51,570 nucleotides of DNA. It comes from a virus (Duplodnaviria; Caudoviricetes). Shown here piece by piece: positions 26,946 to 36,197 of the stretch. A program made the position numbers and the translations under genes. Numbering within the stretch: position 1 is the stretch's first letter; each line of letters starts with the position of its first letter. The DNA lies in the IMG/VR virus record IMGVR_UViG_3300036795_000069, positions 1 to 51,570 of that record, one strand, 5' to 3'. The notes under the pieces were generated by a model. The model made no database searches and was not told the origin of the DNA. It was given only the letters and a program-made list of their open reading frames with translations.

Positions 26946-28022
26946 ATGGCAATTCGCAACCCAGCCGGTTGGCTGCAGCTACGTGACGACCACACGTCTG
27001 AGAACGACCGTCTGATGATCAACTCCCTCTTGCAGGGAGATGGTAGCGGTGGCGGAGGAATGAACTTCAATGCGGGAGGTGTCCGTTATGACGACGGCAA
27101 CGCCTTCTGGGTGAAGCAAACCTCCACAGCAAGTATGAATGTCCAGATCACCCCTGGCATTGCATATGTGCTTGGTACACAGGGTGGTACACAAGGTCTG
27201 TACACAGTTATCAACGATGCTATCCTCTCGCAGGCTATTAACACAGCCGACCCGACAAACCCTCGAAGCGACATCGTCTTCGTACGTGTACAGGACGGCA
27301 ACTACTCGGGGACAGTGAATGCTGCCAGCATCGGCTACTCAGCAGGTACTCCTGGTGTAGGTGCTCCACCTCCCACAGCTCCTGCGAACAGCCTGGTCCT
27401 GGCTCAGATCTCGGTGCCAGCAGGTGCGTCGACAATCACCACAGCACGTATCACTGACAAGCGTCAGGCAGTCGTTGCAGCTGGTGGTGTTCTGCCGATT
27501 AGCCCTGCGAACGGGATGTCCTACCCGGGCGCCTTCGAGGGTCGTCTTGTCTACAACATGGACACCAACAAGCTTGAGGCGTACAACGGCTCGAGCTGGC
27601 AGAGTTCCGATCCCGTTATCATCTCAGGCAAGGGTGCTCCGAACGTTGGTATGAGTCCTGGCGATGACCACGACACGACGTTCAACATCACGATTCCTCG
27701 TGCAGGTCGCTTGCTGATGCAGGCACGTATTCACTTGAGGCTGTCGCAGGCTTCTGCAGGAGCGTCTTCGCACCAGGAGATGTTCTATGCAGGCGTCAGC
27801 ATGGATGCGCAGGATGTGTCTGTACCTCAGATCAACGCTGCAGGCACTACACACTTCAGCGTCTTCCTGCAAGGTACTCGGGACGTATCAGGGCCAGGAA
27901 CAGTAGCCATTATCCTCCGAGCCAACAACAGCATGGCGGTTGGTTCAGGTGGAGGTACCGTTCTTTACGTAGACTACAGCTTCTCGGCTACGCTGGGGGC
28001 TGCTGGTGCGGCGGTCTCATGA
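26946..28022 (+). CDS. Minor tail or baseplate protein
   Basis: MNVQITPG and ADPTNPRSD..LAQISVPAGA motifs typical of actinophage minor tail proteins. Confidence 0.8.
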   Translation: MAIRNPAGWLQLRDDHTSENDRLMINSLLQGDGSGGGGMNFNAGGVRYDDGNAFWVKQTSTASMNVQITPGIAYVLGTQGGTQGLYTVINDAILSQAINTADPTNPRSDIVFVRVQDGNYSGTVNAASIGYSAGTPGVGAPPPTAPANSLVLAQISVPAGASTITTARITDKRQAVVAAGGVLPISPANGMSYPGAFEGRLVYNMDTNKLEAYNGSSWQSSDPVIISGKGAPNVGMSPGDDHDTTFNITIPRAGRLLMQARIHLRLSQASAGASSHQEMFYAGVSMDAQDVSVPQINAAGTTHFSVFLQGTRDVSGPGTVAIILRANNSMAVGSGGGTVLYVDYSFSATLGAAGAAVS

Positions 28023-29137
28023 GTGGCGAAGTCACGTACATCTTCGCCGACCTACTCACGAACGAGATCCTCGGCGAGATGTCTTTGTTCGGTACGTACT
28101 TTGAGAAGTACGTCAATAACACTGGCAACTGCAACTTCTCGTACAAGCTTGGTCAAGGTGGTACATTCGACAGCCAACTTGACGATCGTCTTGCTCTACA
28201 GTGCACGATCCCGGGTAGGACTGCACTGTACGTTGACCGAGATGGAGAACTCGTATGGGGTGGCATTCTCTGGTCGAGGACATACCAGTCACAAGCGAAG
28301 ACAGTGTCATGTACAGCCCAGACGTTCGAGTCCTACTTTGCTCACAGAGTCGCGCACCTGAATGCCCTGTACGTAGCTAGTGTACATTGGGACCAGCGTA
28401 ACCTAGTTGCCGATCTGATCATGAAGATGGCAGCTGAGTACAGCGACGGATCGTCTGACCTTGGCTTCATCTTGCCTGATACATTCCCTACTGAGGTGGA
28501 ACGTACACTAAATGTGTGGGCTTATAACTTTGGCCTCTACAGCGACTTCATCAGTGGTGTGTACCAGCTAGACGATGGCTTCGACTTTATGGCAGATGTT
28601 GCCTATCTGGGTGGAGCGCCACGTAGGTTCATCTACATGGGCTATCCGAACCTGGGTGACCCTACAGGTGATCCTAACATGACAACGTTCGACTACCCTG
28701 GACCGATCGCTAACTACTACTGGCCCGAGACAGCTTCTGCAGGAGCTAACAACGCCTGGTCAGTAGGTGCGGGAGATGGTACAAAGAAGATCTTCGGCAA
28801 CGCTGTTGATACTCCGTCACTTGCAGCTGGGTATCCTCGACTGGACATCGTGAACAGCTACACGGATGTTACTCGTCAGCCTACGATCGACGCACATGCC
28901 GCTTCTGACCTAGCTGCAGCGCTCGTTCCGAACTCCGTTCCTTCGATCACCCTGAACCCTCAGGACTTTGGCTTCAACGGATTACAGGTCGGTACGTACG
29001 CTCGCTTGGTCATCGAAGATGTTCGTTTCCCAGATGGTTTCGACACTGAGATCAAGGTCAATGGTTGGCAGTGGACTCCGAAGTCCTCTTCAGGGTCTGA
29101 GACAGTAAACCTTGTCATTGCAGGAGCAGACCAGTGA
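28019..29137 (+). CDS. Minor tail hub protein (Gp37-like)
   Basis: RDGELVWGGILW, GFDF and GYPRLD motifs. Confidence 0.8.
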   Translation: MSGEVTYIFADLLTNEILGEMSLFGTYFEKYVNNTGNCNFSYKLGQGGTFDSQLDDRLALQCTIPGRTALYVDRDGELVWGGILWSRTYQSQAKTVSCTAQTFESYFAHRVAHLNALYVASVHWDQRNLVADLIMKMAAEYSDGSSDLGFILPDTFPTEVERTLNVWAYNFGLYSDFISGVYQLDDGFDFMADVAYLGGAPRRFIYMGYPNLGDPTGDPNMTTFDYPGPIANYYWPETASAGANNAWSVGAGDGTKKIFGNAVDTPSLAAGYPRLDIVNSYTDVTRQPTIDAHAASDLAAALVPNSVPSITLNPQDFGFNGLQVGTYARLVIEDVRFPDGFDTEIKVNGWQWTPKSSSGSETVNLVIAGADQ

Positions 29138-29337
29138 CAACTTACAACAAGCCACCAGACATTATCCAGGAGCTTATCGACCTGAAGGCCAGAGTCCGTA
29201 AGCTGGAGACAACGTCGCCGATCATCTATTCGATCGGTACAGCTGACACTGGGTCCCTCACGATCGACCTCGTCACAGGTAACCTCATCTTCACTGACAA
29301 GAACGGGCACTCGACTACGGTCGTCACTTCGACCTAG
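29134..29337 (+). CDS. Small tail-associated coiled-coil protein
   Basis: LKARVRKLET; GTGA overlap. Confidence 0.7.
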   Translation: MTTYNKPPDIIQELIDLKARVRKLETTSPIIYSIGTADTGSLTIDLVTGNLIFTDKNGHSTTVVTST

Positions 29338-29349
29338 TCTACACAGACG

Positions 29350-29411
29350 GACACCCCGGACCTCTATCGGCAACTCCTGCTCCGATAGCCCTCAGGTCCG
29401 GGGTGTCTTTT
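29350..29411 (+). terminator. Long hairpin terminator at the convergence of the two arms
   Basis: GACACCCCGGACCT/AGGTCCGGGGTGTC with inner CTATCGG/CCGATAG, followed by TTTT. Confidence 0.8.
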
Positions 29412-29483
29412 GTCTGCAGGTATCCTCTCCTATCGGCCGCGTAGCTCAATCATTTCGGTCCGCAGCGGGTAGGTACCTGCAGC

Positions 29484-30008
29484 TTAGGGGCGGAGAGCCT
29501 CGAGGATCCTCCGTCGCCAATCCGTGTTGAACCGTAGTAAGTAGTTGACCAGATGGGCAGAAGCATCCATCGCGTGAGGCCATCCAGGAAAGTACAACCC
29601 TAACTTCTTTAGCACGTCTGCTGTCACTGGGTTGCCCTTATCCTTACCGCCCTGATGAGCCGTCTGAAACACAACGGGTCTACCAGTTTGCTGCTGCCAC
29701 AACTTGACGATGCCGATGTACTCCACAGAGTCCAGAACCAGTCCTGGTCGGCTCTTGTTCCTGTATTCGAACGATTCGCAAACAACGGTGAAGTCTTGAT
29801 CCGTCTCTTGTAGTTGCAGCAGGTCGTACAGATCCTCGTGATGGGCGCCATCGAGCTGACCACAACACCACAGGGCGCCTAAGACAGCACGGGAGTTAGG
29901 ATCTCCCATGACGAGCTTACCGGAGAGGTCAACACCGATTGGCTGGGGATTGCTTGCCATGGTAGCCCAGCCAGTTGTACCGCCTGGGTCTAACGACAGG
30001 ATCTTCAC
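29484..30008 (-). CDS. RuvC-like Holliday junction resolvase
   Basis: ILSLDPGGTTGWA, VVCESF and HAMDA motifs. Confidence 0.8.
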   Translation of the reverse strand: MKILSLDPGGTTGWATMASNPQPIGVDLSGKLVMGDPNSRAVLGALWCCGQLDGAHHEDLYDLLQLQETDQDFTVVCESFEYRNKSRPGLVLDSVEYIGIVKLWQQQTGRPVVFQTAHQGGKDKGNPVTADVLKKLGLYFPGWPHAMDASAHLVNYLLRFNTDWRRRILEALRP

Positions 30009-30325
30009 GCCATGTCTCCCCAGGTAAAGAACTGCACTGTCCTACCTAGCACCTGAGCCAGAATGATGTCGAGGTTATCAATGGCGATCTCGACGTTTCT
30101 ACCTGAACCGCGGCCTCTACCTTTCCACTCGTCAAAGGTAAACACTTGGTGGTAGTCCAGAACTGAATCTGGTCCACAACGAAGACGATCGGCTTCCGAC
30201 TGGTCAATGGTTAGCAGGATACGAGTCCAGCCAGGATAGGCTTTGGTCTTCTTACCTTCCTTGACCCACTCGACCGCGGCAGTAGTCTTACCTGATCTAC
30301 GGCCTTGCTGAATGATTGTGGTCAC
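30005..30325 (-). CDS. Mini P-loop protein, paralog A
   Basis: GRRSGKT Walker A and IAIDNLD; 106 aa. Confidence 0.8.
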   Translation of the reverse strand: MTTIIQQGRRSGKTTAAVEWVKEGKKTKAYPGWTRILLTIDQSEADRLRCGPDSVLDYHQVFTFDEWKGRGRGSGRNVEIAIDNLDIILAQVLGRTVQFFTWGDMA

Positions 30326-30615
30326 GACTGCAACCTATCCACTCGGTACTGACGGATATGAGCTAGAGCGGCAGCTGCAGCGTCGTTAGGCATGCCCATC
30401 TCCTTCATGAGCCAGTCACAGAGACCTGCATCGTGCTCTGCAGCTTCGGCAGCTTCCAGAAAGGCAATGGCTGTCTCCCGAGCTGTACCAGGAGTCATCT
30501 GGGTAGCCTTCTCATCCCAACGCAAGATGACGAATGGCTTTCCGTCGAAGAGGCTAACGCCTGCTTCTAACTGGAAGGCCTTATTCTCAATCGGTTCAGG
30601 CTTCCTCTTAGCCAT
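30322..30615 (-). CDS. Hypothetical protein
   Basis: GGAGG RBS; AEAAEHDA motif; overlaps both neighbours. Confidence 0.75.
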   Translation of the reverse strand: MAKRKPEPIENKAFQLEAGVSLFDGKPFVILRWDEKATQMTPGTARETAIAFLEAAEAAEHDAGLCDWLMKEMGMPNDAAAAALAHIRQYRVDRLQS

Positions 30616-30929
30616 CACATGCCTCCCCAAGTGATTAGGTCGACTGGAGCGCCTACCATCTGGAACAAAATGATGTCCAGGTTGTCGATAGCGATTGCCG
30701 GGCAGGCCCTGCCTCGCCTGGCGCGCTGCCACTCCTCGATATAGAATACCTGTCGGTAGTCCAAAGGCGCAGTCGGACCATTACGCAGTCGATTTGCCTC
30801 TTCCATACTGAGCACCAGCAGGATTCGAGACCAACCAGGATATCCTGGCACCCTCTTTCCAGCCTTGACCCATTCTATGGCCTTGGTGGTTTTACCCCAC
30901 CCACGACCTTGATTGATGAACTCTGGCAT
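30615..30929 (-). CDS. Mini P-loop protein, paralog B
   Basis: GRGWGKT Walker A and IAIDNLD; 104 aa. Confidence 0.8.
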   Translation of the reverse strand: MPEFINQGRGWGKTTKAIEWVKAGKRVPGYPGWSRILLVLSMEEANRLRNGPTAPLDYRQVFYIEEWQRARRGRACPAIAIDNLDIILFQMVGAPVDLITWGGM

Positions 30930-31105
30930 CAGTCCTCCTCGTCAGGTACGATGTTGATCCAGAAGCAGTCGTTCGCTTCGTCGAAGGTGGTCATGCTCTC
31001 GATGTTGTGCGAGTCACCCTGATCGTCCAACACTTTGATGGTTTTTCCCTGCAGCTTGTCTGGAACGTGACTGCCCAACAAGTCCATCAGCTCGCCGTAG
31101 TTCAT
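30929..31105 (-). CDS. 58-aa acidic hypothetical protein
   Basis: GGGAG RBS; TGATG overlap; read by eye. Confidence 0.65.
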   Translation of the reverse strand: MNYGELMDLLGSHVPDKLQGKTIKVLDDQGDSHNIESMTTFDEANDCFWINIVPDEED

Positions 31106-31145
31106 AACATACTCCCTGTGGTGTCTTGTATCAGAACGAAGAAGC

Positions 31146-31239
31146 TAGACTCTAAGCGATACCTTGCTGCCTTTAGAGTAAAGGATCGATGACGATTTCA
31201 GTCTCTTAGCGATCTCACCTAGTTAGACTCTGAAGAGAC
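31146..31239 (-). repeat. 94-bp phased conserved element, copy 2
   Basis: Aligns without gaps to 21573-21666 in reverse complement. Confidence 0.85.
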
Positions 31240-31240
31240 T

Positions 31241-31549
31241 TTAGAGCTCACCAAACTTCTTTAAGCAGTGTGACAGCTTTGTGTCTCCACGTGTCACTTT
31301 AGTTGGCGGCATACTCTCACGAATGACTGTAAGCCAAAGGCTTATAGCCTTAGCTCCGTAGAGGCGCCATGTATATCGGTAAGGTGCTGCTGGCGGTGGC
31401 TTGTATACTGCACCACCCCATAGAGTGACGAGTTCTCTAAGAGGTTCGACGTTACTCTTAAATGCCTCTAGTGCAAACGTTCTACCGTCGCCGCAGCGGC
31501 AGAACGATCCGTGCTTCTCGAAGAAGTCTAGTGCCTCTTCAGTGGTCAT
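31241..31549 (-). CDS. Degenerate LAGLIDADG-like protein
   Basis: ALDFFEKHGSF (cf. LAGFFDGEGSF), WGG.V and Y.WRL.G..A motifs. Confidence 0.55.
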   Translation of the reverse strand: MTTEEALDFFEKHGSFCRCGDGRTFALEAFKSNVEPLRELVTLWGGAVYKPPPAAPYRYTWRLYGAKAISLWLTVIRESMPPTKVTRGDTKLSHCLKKFGEL

Positions 31550-31863
31550 TTTGGAATATCCAGCTCCTTGTTAATCTCGTCCAGTTCTGCCTGGAGCTCG
31601 TCGATGCGGGCTTCGATGACAGCCTTACGGCGCCTTAGCGATCCCGTCTTCTTAGGTACCACGACCAGATTGTGGGCAGAGAGGTCTGTTCGGGCTCCCT
31701 TGAATCTAACCATCTCGTCAGTCGCAAGTGGACGATGGAGGAGTTCCTCTTCCGCCACAATGTGATGCGTGAGCCTCCAGCCTCGGTCTTCGGTACGTGT
31801 GTAGTGATATCCGTTGGGTGAGATGCGGGTACTACCAACGGTTGCCTTCTGACCTCTTGCCAT
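31546..31863 (-). CDS. Degenerate HNH-like protein with a C-terminal coiled coil
   Basis: NGY..., HHIVAE..L.RPL...E.VRFK...D...NL; the catalytic His is absent. Confidence 0.65.
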   Translation of the reverse strand: MARGQKATVGSTRISPNGYHYTRTEDRGWRLTHHIVAEEELLHRPLATDEMVRFKGARTDLSAHNLVVVPKKTGSLRRRKAVIEARIDELQAELDEINKELDIPK

Positions 31864-32020
31864 GCCTCCTCCTCTCTCGGCTTAGTCTTAGGACGTCTTC
31901 TAGGGTCACGCGCTTGGTCTGCTGCGAGTCCGTATCGGAAGTCGCACCATTCGTCTGCGTTCCATCTTGGTCCTGTGATTCTTGTTGGTCGCCAGTCCAT
32001 GTTACTCTCCTCGGCGTCAC
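31832..32020 (-). CDS. Hypothetical protein
   Basis: TAGTG overlap with the polymerase stop. Confidence 0.4.
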   Translation of the reverse strand: MTPRRVTWTGDQQESQDQDGTQTNGATSDTDSQQTKRVTLEDVLRLSRERRRHGKRSEGNRW

Positions 32021-34401
32021 TAAACCTCACCCCAGCTCGCGCCGACCTTGCAGTCGACCTGGAATCTAACGTAGTCGCCAACTACAGCCTTGCCATGCTT
32101 CAGCATGACTTCGCTCATCACGGCAGTCACTTCGTCGGCATCGGCGGCATCACACTCGGCGAGGATAGAGTCGTGAACGATATTACGGAGGAAAGCCATT
32201 CCTCGAAGTCGTACGCGAAGTTCAGCCGCCGCCCCAAGGCAAATGTCGCTGGATGTAGACTGAGGCAGAAAAGCCAGGGCCTCTTTAAGTACATCGTCCT
32301 TATTGTCGTTGGTAATGAGCCAGAAGCGACGGCGTCGTCCGAAAGGAGTAACAAGATCTTCGCCCTGCAGAACACGCCGTTGAACATCCTGACGCCAGGC
32401 CACAATGCCTGGAATAACGTCAAAGAATCGTCGCATTCCATCTCGTGCTTCTCGTTCGGAGATCTTGAACTCTTGGGCAATGCTGAAGGCTTCACGACCG
32501 TAAGCGAGTCCGTATACATAAGCCTTGACTCGGATACGTAGCTCCTTCTTAGCAGCTGCATCCACGTCTCCGACGTTGGGATAGAGTACGGGTGTGAGCT
32601 CATTGAAGAGGTCTCGCGTCGGGTCATTGAAGATCTCCCGGAAGTACTCATCCTGAGCTAGGTAGCAGGCTATTCGAAGTTCAGCCTGACTGTAGTCAGG
32701 TTGGACGAAGACTCGTCCAGGTTTCGTAGGAATGAAAAGCTTTCGGATGACAGACTCTCGAGGAACGTTCTGGAGATTCGGATTTCGACAACTAAGTCGT
32801 CCTGTTGTAGTTCCGTGGACCAGGAATGTGGGGTGAACTCGACCCATGTAGAGCCGCTTTCGTGTTCCCTTGATGTATGTCCCGTAGAGCTTTGCTTCGC
32901 GTCGGTGTCGTAGTAGGATCTCACAGAAGCGGAAGAGGGCGGTGTCCATCTCACCACGTCGTGCCTTGACGTCACAGATCTCCTGGAGAACATCCTTGGC
33001 AGTAGACTCAACTTGGACTCCTAGCTCCGCCAATGCCTTCTTGACCTGAATGGGCGATCGGGGGTTGATCGGCCCCTTAGCAGGGTCGGAATACTGAAGG
33101 CTGAGTTCTTCCTCGATGTCGTCGATCCTCTTGAGGTAGGTCTCAGTCATCTCGTTCAGGAGCGGGATATCGACCTTGAGGCCATTAAGTTCCATGAACA
33201 TAAGTTGATTGGCAGCTCCAACAAGAAAGTCATGGAGCCACCGAAGATTGCGTCCCTCCGGAAGATACCATTGGGTAGGCGCAGGCTCATCTTCGAGTCG
33301 CTGACGAAAGATATGGTAAAGAGCCATCGTACATACAACGTCGTATGCGTTGTATTTGTACAGTACAGGTCGTGGCACGTTGGCATAGCTTTCACCCCCA
33401 CGAACGTAACGTCCAAGCTCGTCGTCATACTGAGGCGCTCCCAGGATCTCGACGGACATTTGCTTGAGGCCGTGAATGCCAGGACGCTCGTCGAGGACGT
33501 AGCTGGCGATCATGGTGTCGAAGAATGCTTCCAGGCTGCCCATGAGTGGGAAGAGGCCAGCCAAGTCGAACTTGAGGTTCTGTCCGATCAGCTTAGCCTT
33601 GACGAACAGTTCCCTCAGGGCTTCGATTACCACCTGCGATTTGCAGGCCTCTTCACCGAATACCACGGCCTTGCCCTGTGCATAGCAAACCCCGATACAC
33701 AGCATCTGGTACTTGTTCGGGTGGTCGAAGGAGGTGTCCTTCTCAATACCAACCTCAATATCCACCACCAGTTCCGGAAATGGTCTAAGTTCACCGCATG
33801 CCTGCATCGCTGACACTTCATCGTCGACGACTACGAACTTGGGCTCTTCCCACTTGTTGTTCGGGTCGAACTTGACCTTCCCGATATCCGTGACGAGATG
33901 CGGAAACATGTCTGCTGCACGAAGGCACGCGGCTGGATGTATGGTAGGGATGACGCGAACTCCAGGGAGCGTGCTTGTCGACTTCCCGGGCCCGACACGA
34001 AGTTTCGTGATGCCAGTGCGAGTTTGCAGAATCGTTTGTGCGGCTGCATTACCGAGAGCGACCACTGTCTCCACGTGTCGTCCCTGTAGATCGCCACGTA
34101 GCCGACCCACACAAGCTCGGAACGCTTCAGCAGGAGGCGTACTCCCATCTGGTGGTCGACAGAGTGCTGCATTGGTAAGGAGCGTATCTCCACGTCGAAT
34201 CCCATGATGCTGGAGTACGGAATCCAGGAGTTTCCCACTGGCACCGATGAACGGTTTGCCATATCTTGCTTCCTGCGCACCTGGCGCCTCCCCTACGAAA
34301 GCGATCTTGGCTTCGGCAGGTCCATCTGAGGGGACGAACTTACCAGCCTCTTGAAGAGGGCAATGATCACAGTCAGCACCCTCTGCCTTGATGATGCCCA
34401 C
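32020..34401 (-). CDS. polA: Family A DNA polymerase with an N-terminal family-4 uracil-DNA glycosylase domain and 3'-5' exonuclease
   Basis: UDG: CDHCPL, GEAPG, TNAALCRPP, HPAA. Exo: DIE, NLKFD, YNAYD. Pol: DYSQAELR, KAYVYGLAYG, VHDS. Confidence 0.95.
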   Translation of the reverse strand: MGIIKAEGADCDHCPLQEAGKFVPSDGPAEAKIAFVGEAPGAQEARYGKPFIGASGKLLDSVLQHHGIRRGDTLLTNAALCRPPDGSTPPAEAFRACVGRLRGDLQGRHVETVVALGNAAAQTILQTRTGITKLRVGPGKSTSTLPGVRVIPTIHPAACLRAADMFPHLVTDIGKVKFDPNNKWEEPKFVVVDDEVSAMQACGELRPFPELVVDIEVGIEKDTSFDHPNKYQMLCIGVCYAQGKAVVFGEEACKSQVVIEALRELFVKAKLIGQNLKFDLAGLFPLMGSLEAFFDTMIASYVLDERPGIHGLKQMSVEILGAPQYDDELGRYVRGGESYANVPRPVLYKYNAYDVVCTMALYHIFRQRLEDEPAPTQWYLPEGRNLRWLHDFLVGAANQLMFMELNGLKVDIPLLNEMTETYLKRIDDIEEELSLQYSDPAKGPINPRSPIQVKKALAELGVQVESTAKDVLQEICDVKARRGEMDTALFRFCEILLRHRREAKLYGTYIKGTRKRLYMGRVHPTFLVHGTTTGRLSCRNPNLQNVPRESVIRKLFIPTKPGRVFVQPDYSQAELRIACYLAQDEYFREIFNDPTRDLFNELTPVLYPNVGDVDAAAKKELRIRVKAYVYGLAYGREAFSIAQEFKISEREARDGMRRFFDVIPGIVAWRQDVQRRVLQGEDLVTPFGRRRRFWLITNDNKDDVLKEALAFLPQSTSSDICLGAAAELRVRLRGMAFLRNIVHDSILAECDAADADEVTAVMSEVMLKHGKAVVGDYVRFQVDCKVGASWGEV

Positions 34402-35171
34402 TAGTCACCTACCAGCTCGAGGAGCTCCATGATGTTCCTCTCGACGAGCCCACGATCTATCGGGTGCATATCGAAGTAGTCATCAGTCCGTGTGAGGACA
34501 TGCTTGGACGTAGCTAGCGACTGACTGCACTTGGCATACACGTAAGGCAGCGAAGTGTCTATACTACGAACACCCTTGGCAAGGTCACGATTGTACATCT
34601 CTTCCCTGGCAAACTCAGACATGCCGAGGAAGTGAATGTGGAAGCGACCAGGGTAGGCTCTTTGGATGTGAGCTGCCAACATGTGCCTGACGAGAATGCT
34701 GCTACCGTGACCGTTACTAAGGGTCGTATGCATGTGCTTCGGGATACCAATCGTACGCACCCAACGCTTCTCGACTACGCCTCTGACGGTCTCAAAGAAC
34801 TCAGAGTAGTCCAAGCCTTGAGCAACTACCATGTATCGGAAGCCTGGCAAGATCTGCTCCTGGAACTCTTGTACCTTGTCCAGCGTGCCACGAACGCTTT
34901 GCATTACGTCAGGTACCACGATCTCGGTGGGCCTAAGCTCCCTGGCGATCTTGTTCAAGGCCTCCGTGCTCCACAGAGTACCTTCGAAGGCACCGTTGTC
35001 CAAGATGACAAGGTCGCCTCGACGTACTGTTTCTGCGTACGTGTTGCGGTAGGTTACACTTCTGTCCCATAGACTGGGTAGCACAAGCTGAGTGCGAGTA
35101 TCCAACACGTCGCCGATGTGGCTGAGTGGTGGAATAAGGGCGATGTCAGTCACTGATGAAACCTGCTTCAT
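34401..35171 (-). CDS. dpdA: Divergent TGT/DpdA-fold 7-deazaguanine transglycosylase
   Basis: TGT-like motifs in order: ILDNGAF, VPD, VAQG, IGIP, HFLG, SIDTS; linked to queCDE/folE. Confidence 0.7.
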   Translation of the reverse strand: MKQVSSVTDIALIPPLSHIGDVLDTRTQLVLPSLWDRSVTYRNTYAETVRRGDLVILDNGAFEGTLWSTEALNKIARELRPTEIVVPDVMQSVRGTLDKVQEFQEQILPGFRYMVVAQGLDYSEFFETVRGVVEKRWVRTIGIPKHMHTTLSNGHGSSILVRHMLAAHIQRAYPGRFHIHFLGMSEFAREEMYNRDLAKGVRSIDTSLPYVYAKCSQSLATSKHVLTRTDDYFDMHPIDRGLVERNIMELLELVGD

Positions 35172-35367
35172 GACTCACGTTGAAGGTGGTTTCGTCCATC
35201 GAGTCGACGAGCTCCATCTCAGCGACCTCGCCGTTGTCGTATTGCTCCTGCATGAAGGTTGCAACTTGCTCCTCGGTCTTGCAACCGGGGAAGACACTCT
35301 GATCGATCTCCCCGCCCGGAAGACGAGGTGGCTCGAACGTGCCTTGAAGAGTGATACGAATTGCCAT
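35146..35367 (-). CDS. Small acidic hypothetical protein
   Basis: TAATG overlap with the upstream gene. Confidence 0.6.
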   Translation of the reverse strand: MAIRITLQGTFEPPRLPGGEIDQSVFPGCKTEEQVATFMQEQYDNGEVAEMELVDSMDETTFNVSHEAGFISD

Positions 35368-35723
35368 TACTTGCCCCACATCTCTCGTAGTGGCTTGAAC
35401 TCGTCAACAGGCATCTGGCCAGTGCTGACTTCTTCACCAGCGTCGCCAATGACATACTGCTGAATGAACCAGAGCTTGATGAAGGTGTATCGGGCGTAGT
35501 TGGCCAGATCGACAACCTCCTCCATTGCCATCCGAAGAGTGTCGGTCTGCAAGAAGCCTGTCGCGCCATACTGCTCGGCGCCAGCCTCATGTCTTCCTCG
35601 ACACCACTCGTCAAAGGCGTCGCTAGCCTGTTGGAGTGTCTCCGGCGACGCCGTTTTGTACGGGGACGTCGAGTTGGGGCTTGACTCCGAATCGCCGGAT
35701 GTTCTCGGCTCGTTTGACTGCAT
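35367..35723 (-). CDS. MazG-superfamily (all-alpha NTP-PPase)-like protein
   Basis: RHEAGAEQYG...AMEEVVDLANY motif. Confidence 0.65.
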   Translation of the reverse strand: MQSNEPRTSGDSESSPNSTSPYKTASPETLQQASDAFDEWCRGRHEAGAEQYGATGFLQTDTLRMAMEEVVDLANYARYTFIKLWFIQQYVIGDAGEEVSTGQMPVDEFKPLREMWGK

Positions 35724-36021
35724 ATGCTTGCTCCAGGTCGATGTTGAGTAGTGCGGCAGTGTTCAACAGGTAGATGTAGACGTCGGTGACCTCCATGGCA
35801 ACGTCGAAGCGAACCTTCGCGTCCTTGAAGCTAAGAGAGCCCCGTTCGATCTTCTTGACCAGATTGGCAAGCTCTCCTACTTCCCCTGCAAGGCTCAGGA
35901 CATGGTGCGGAAGACTAGGCGCAACGTCAGGAAACCAACGCTTGCTGTCTTCCATGCATTGGATGGACAGCTTCGCCGTTGTGCTGGGCTCGCGTCCTTT
36001 TCCATTGCTGCTTTCATTCAT
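35623..36021 (-). CDS. mazG: MazG-like nucleotide pyrophosphohydrolase
   Basis: LAGEVGELANLVKK...EVTDVYIYLL; start uncertain because the ATG overlaps a -10 box. Confidence 0.85.
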   Translation of the reverse strand: MNESSNGKGREPSTTAKLSIQCMEDSKRWFPDVAPSLPHHVLSLAGEVGELANLVKKIERGSLSFKDAKVRFDVAMEVTDVYIYLLNTAALLNIDLEQAYAVKRAENIRRFGVKPQLDVPVQNGVAGDTPTG

Positions 36022-36049
36022 TATATCATACCGCCCTATGGAATCTCAA
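36020..36049 (-). promoter_or_regulatory. SigA-like promoter internal to the modification cluster
   Basis: GGTC-TTGAGA-N18-(TGA)TATAAT. Confidence 0.75.
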
Positions 36050-36053
36050 GACC

Positions 36054-36197
36054 CTATTCGGGGTCAACTTCGATGATGATGATGTACGCACGTTTGTCGC
36101 GTGCCCATTTGGTGGTGATCTTGGCGTTCTGCTTGTCGAACTCCTCATCGTCACCAGATGGGAATTCCAGTATCACACCGGAGAGTTCAACGTTCAC
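36054..36197 (-). CDS. 47-aa hypothetical protein
   Basis: GTGA overlap with the folE stop. Confidence 0.5.
   Translation of the reverse strand: MNVELSGVILEFPSGDDEEFDKQNAKITTKWARDKRAYIIIIEVDPE

Noticed and set aside
32495-32545. PolA motif B variant KAYVYGLAYG as an adaptation to modified nucleotides
   Set aside because: Phage PolA motif B varies widely, so it cannot be linked to modification without an alignment.
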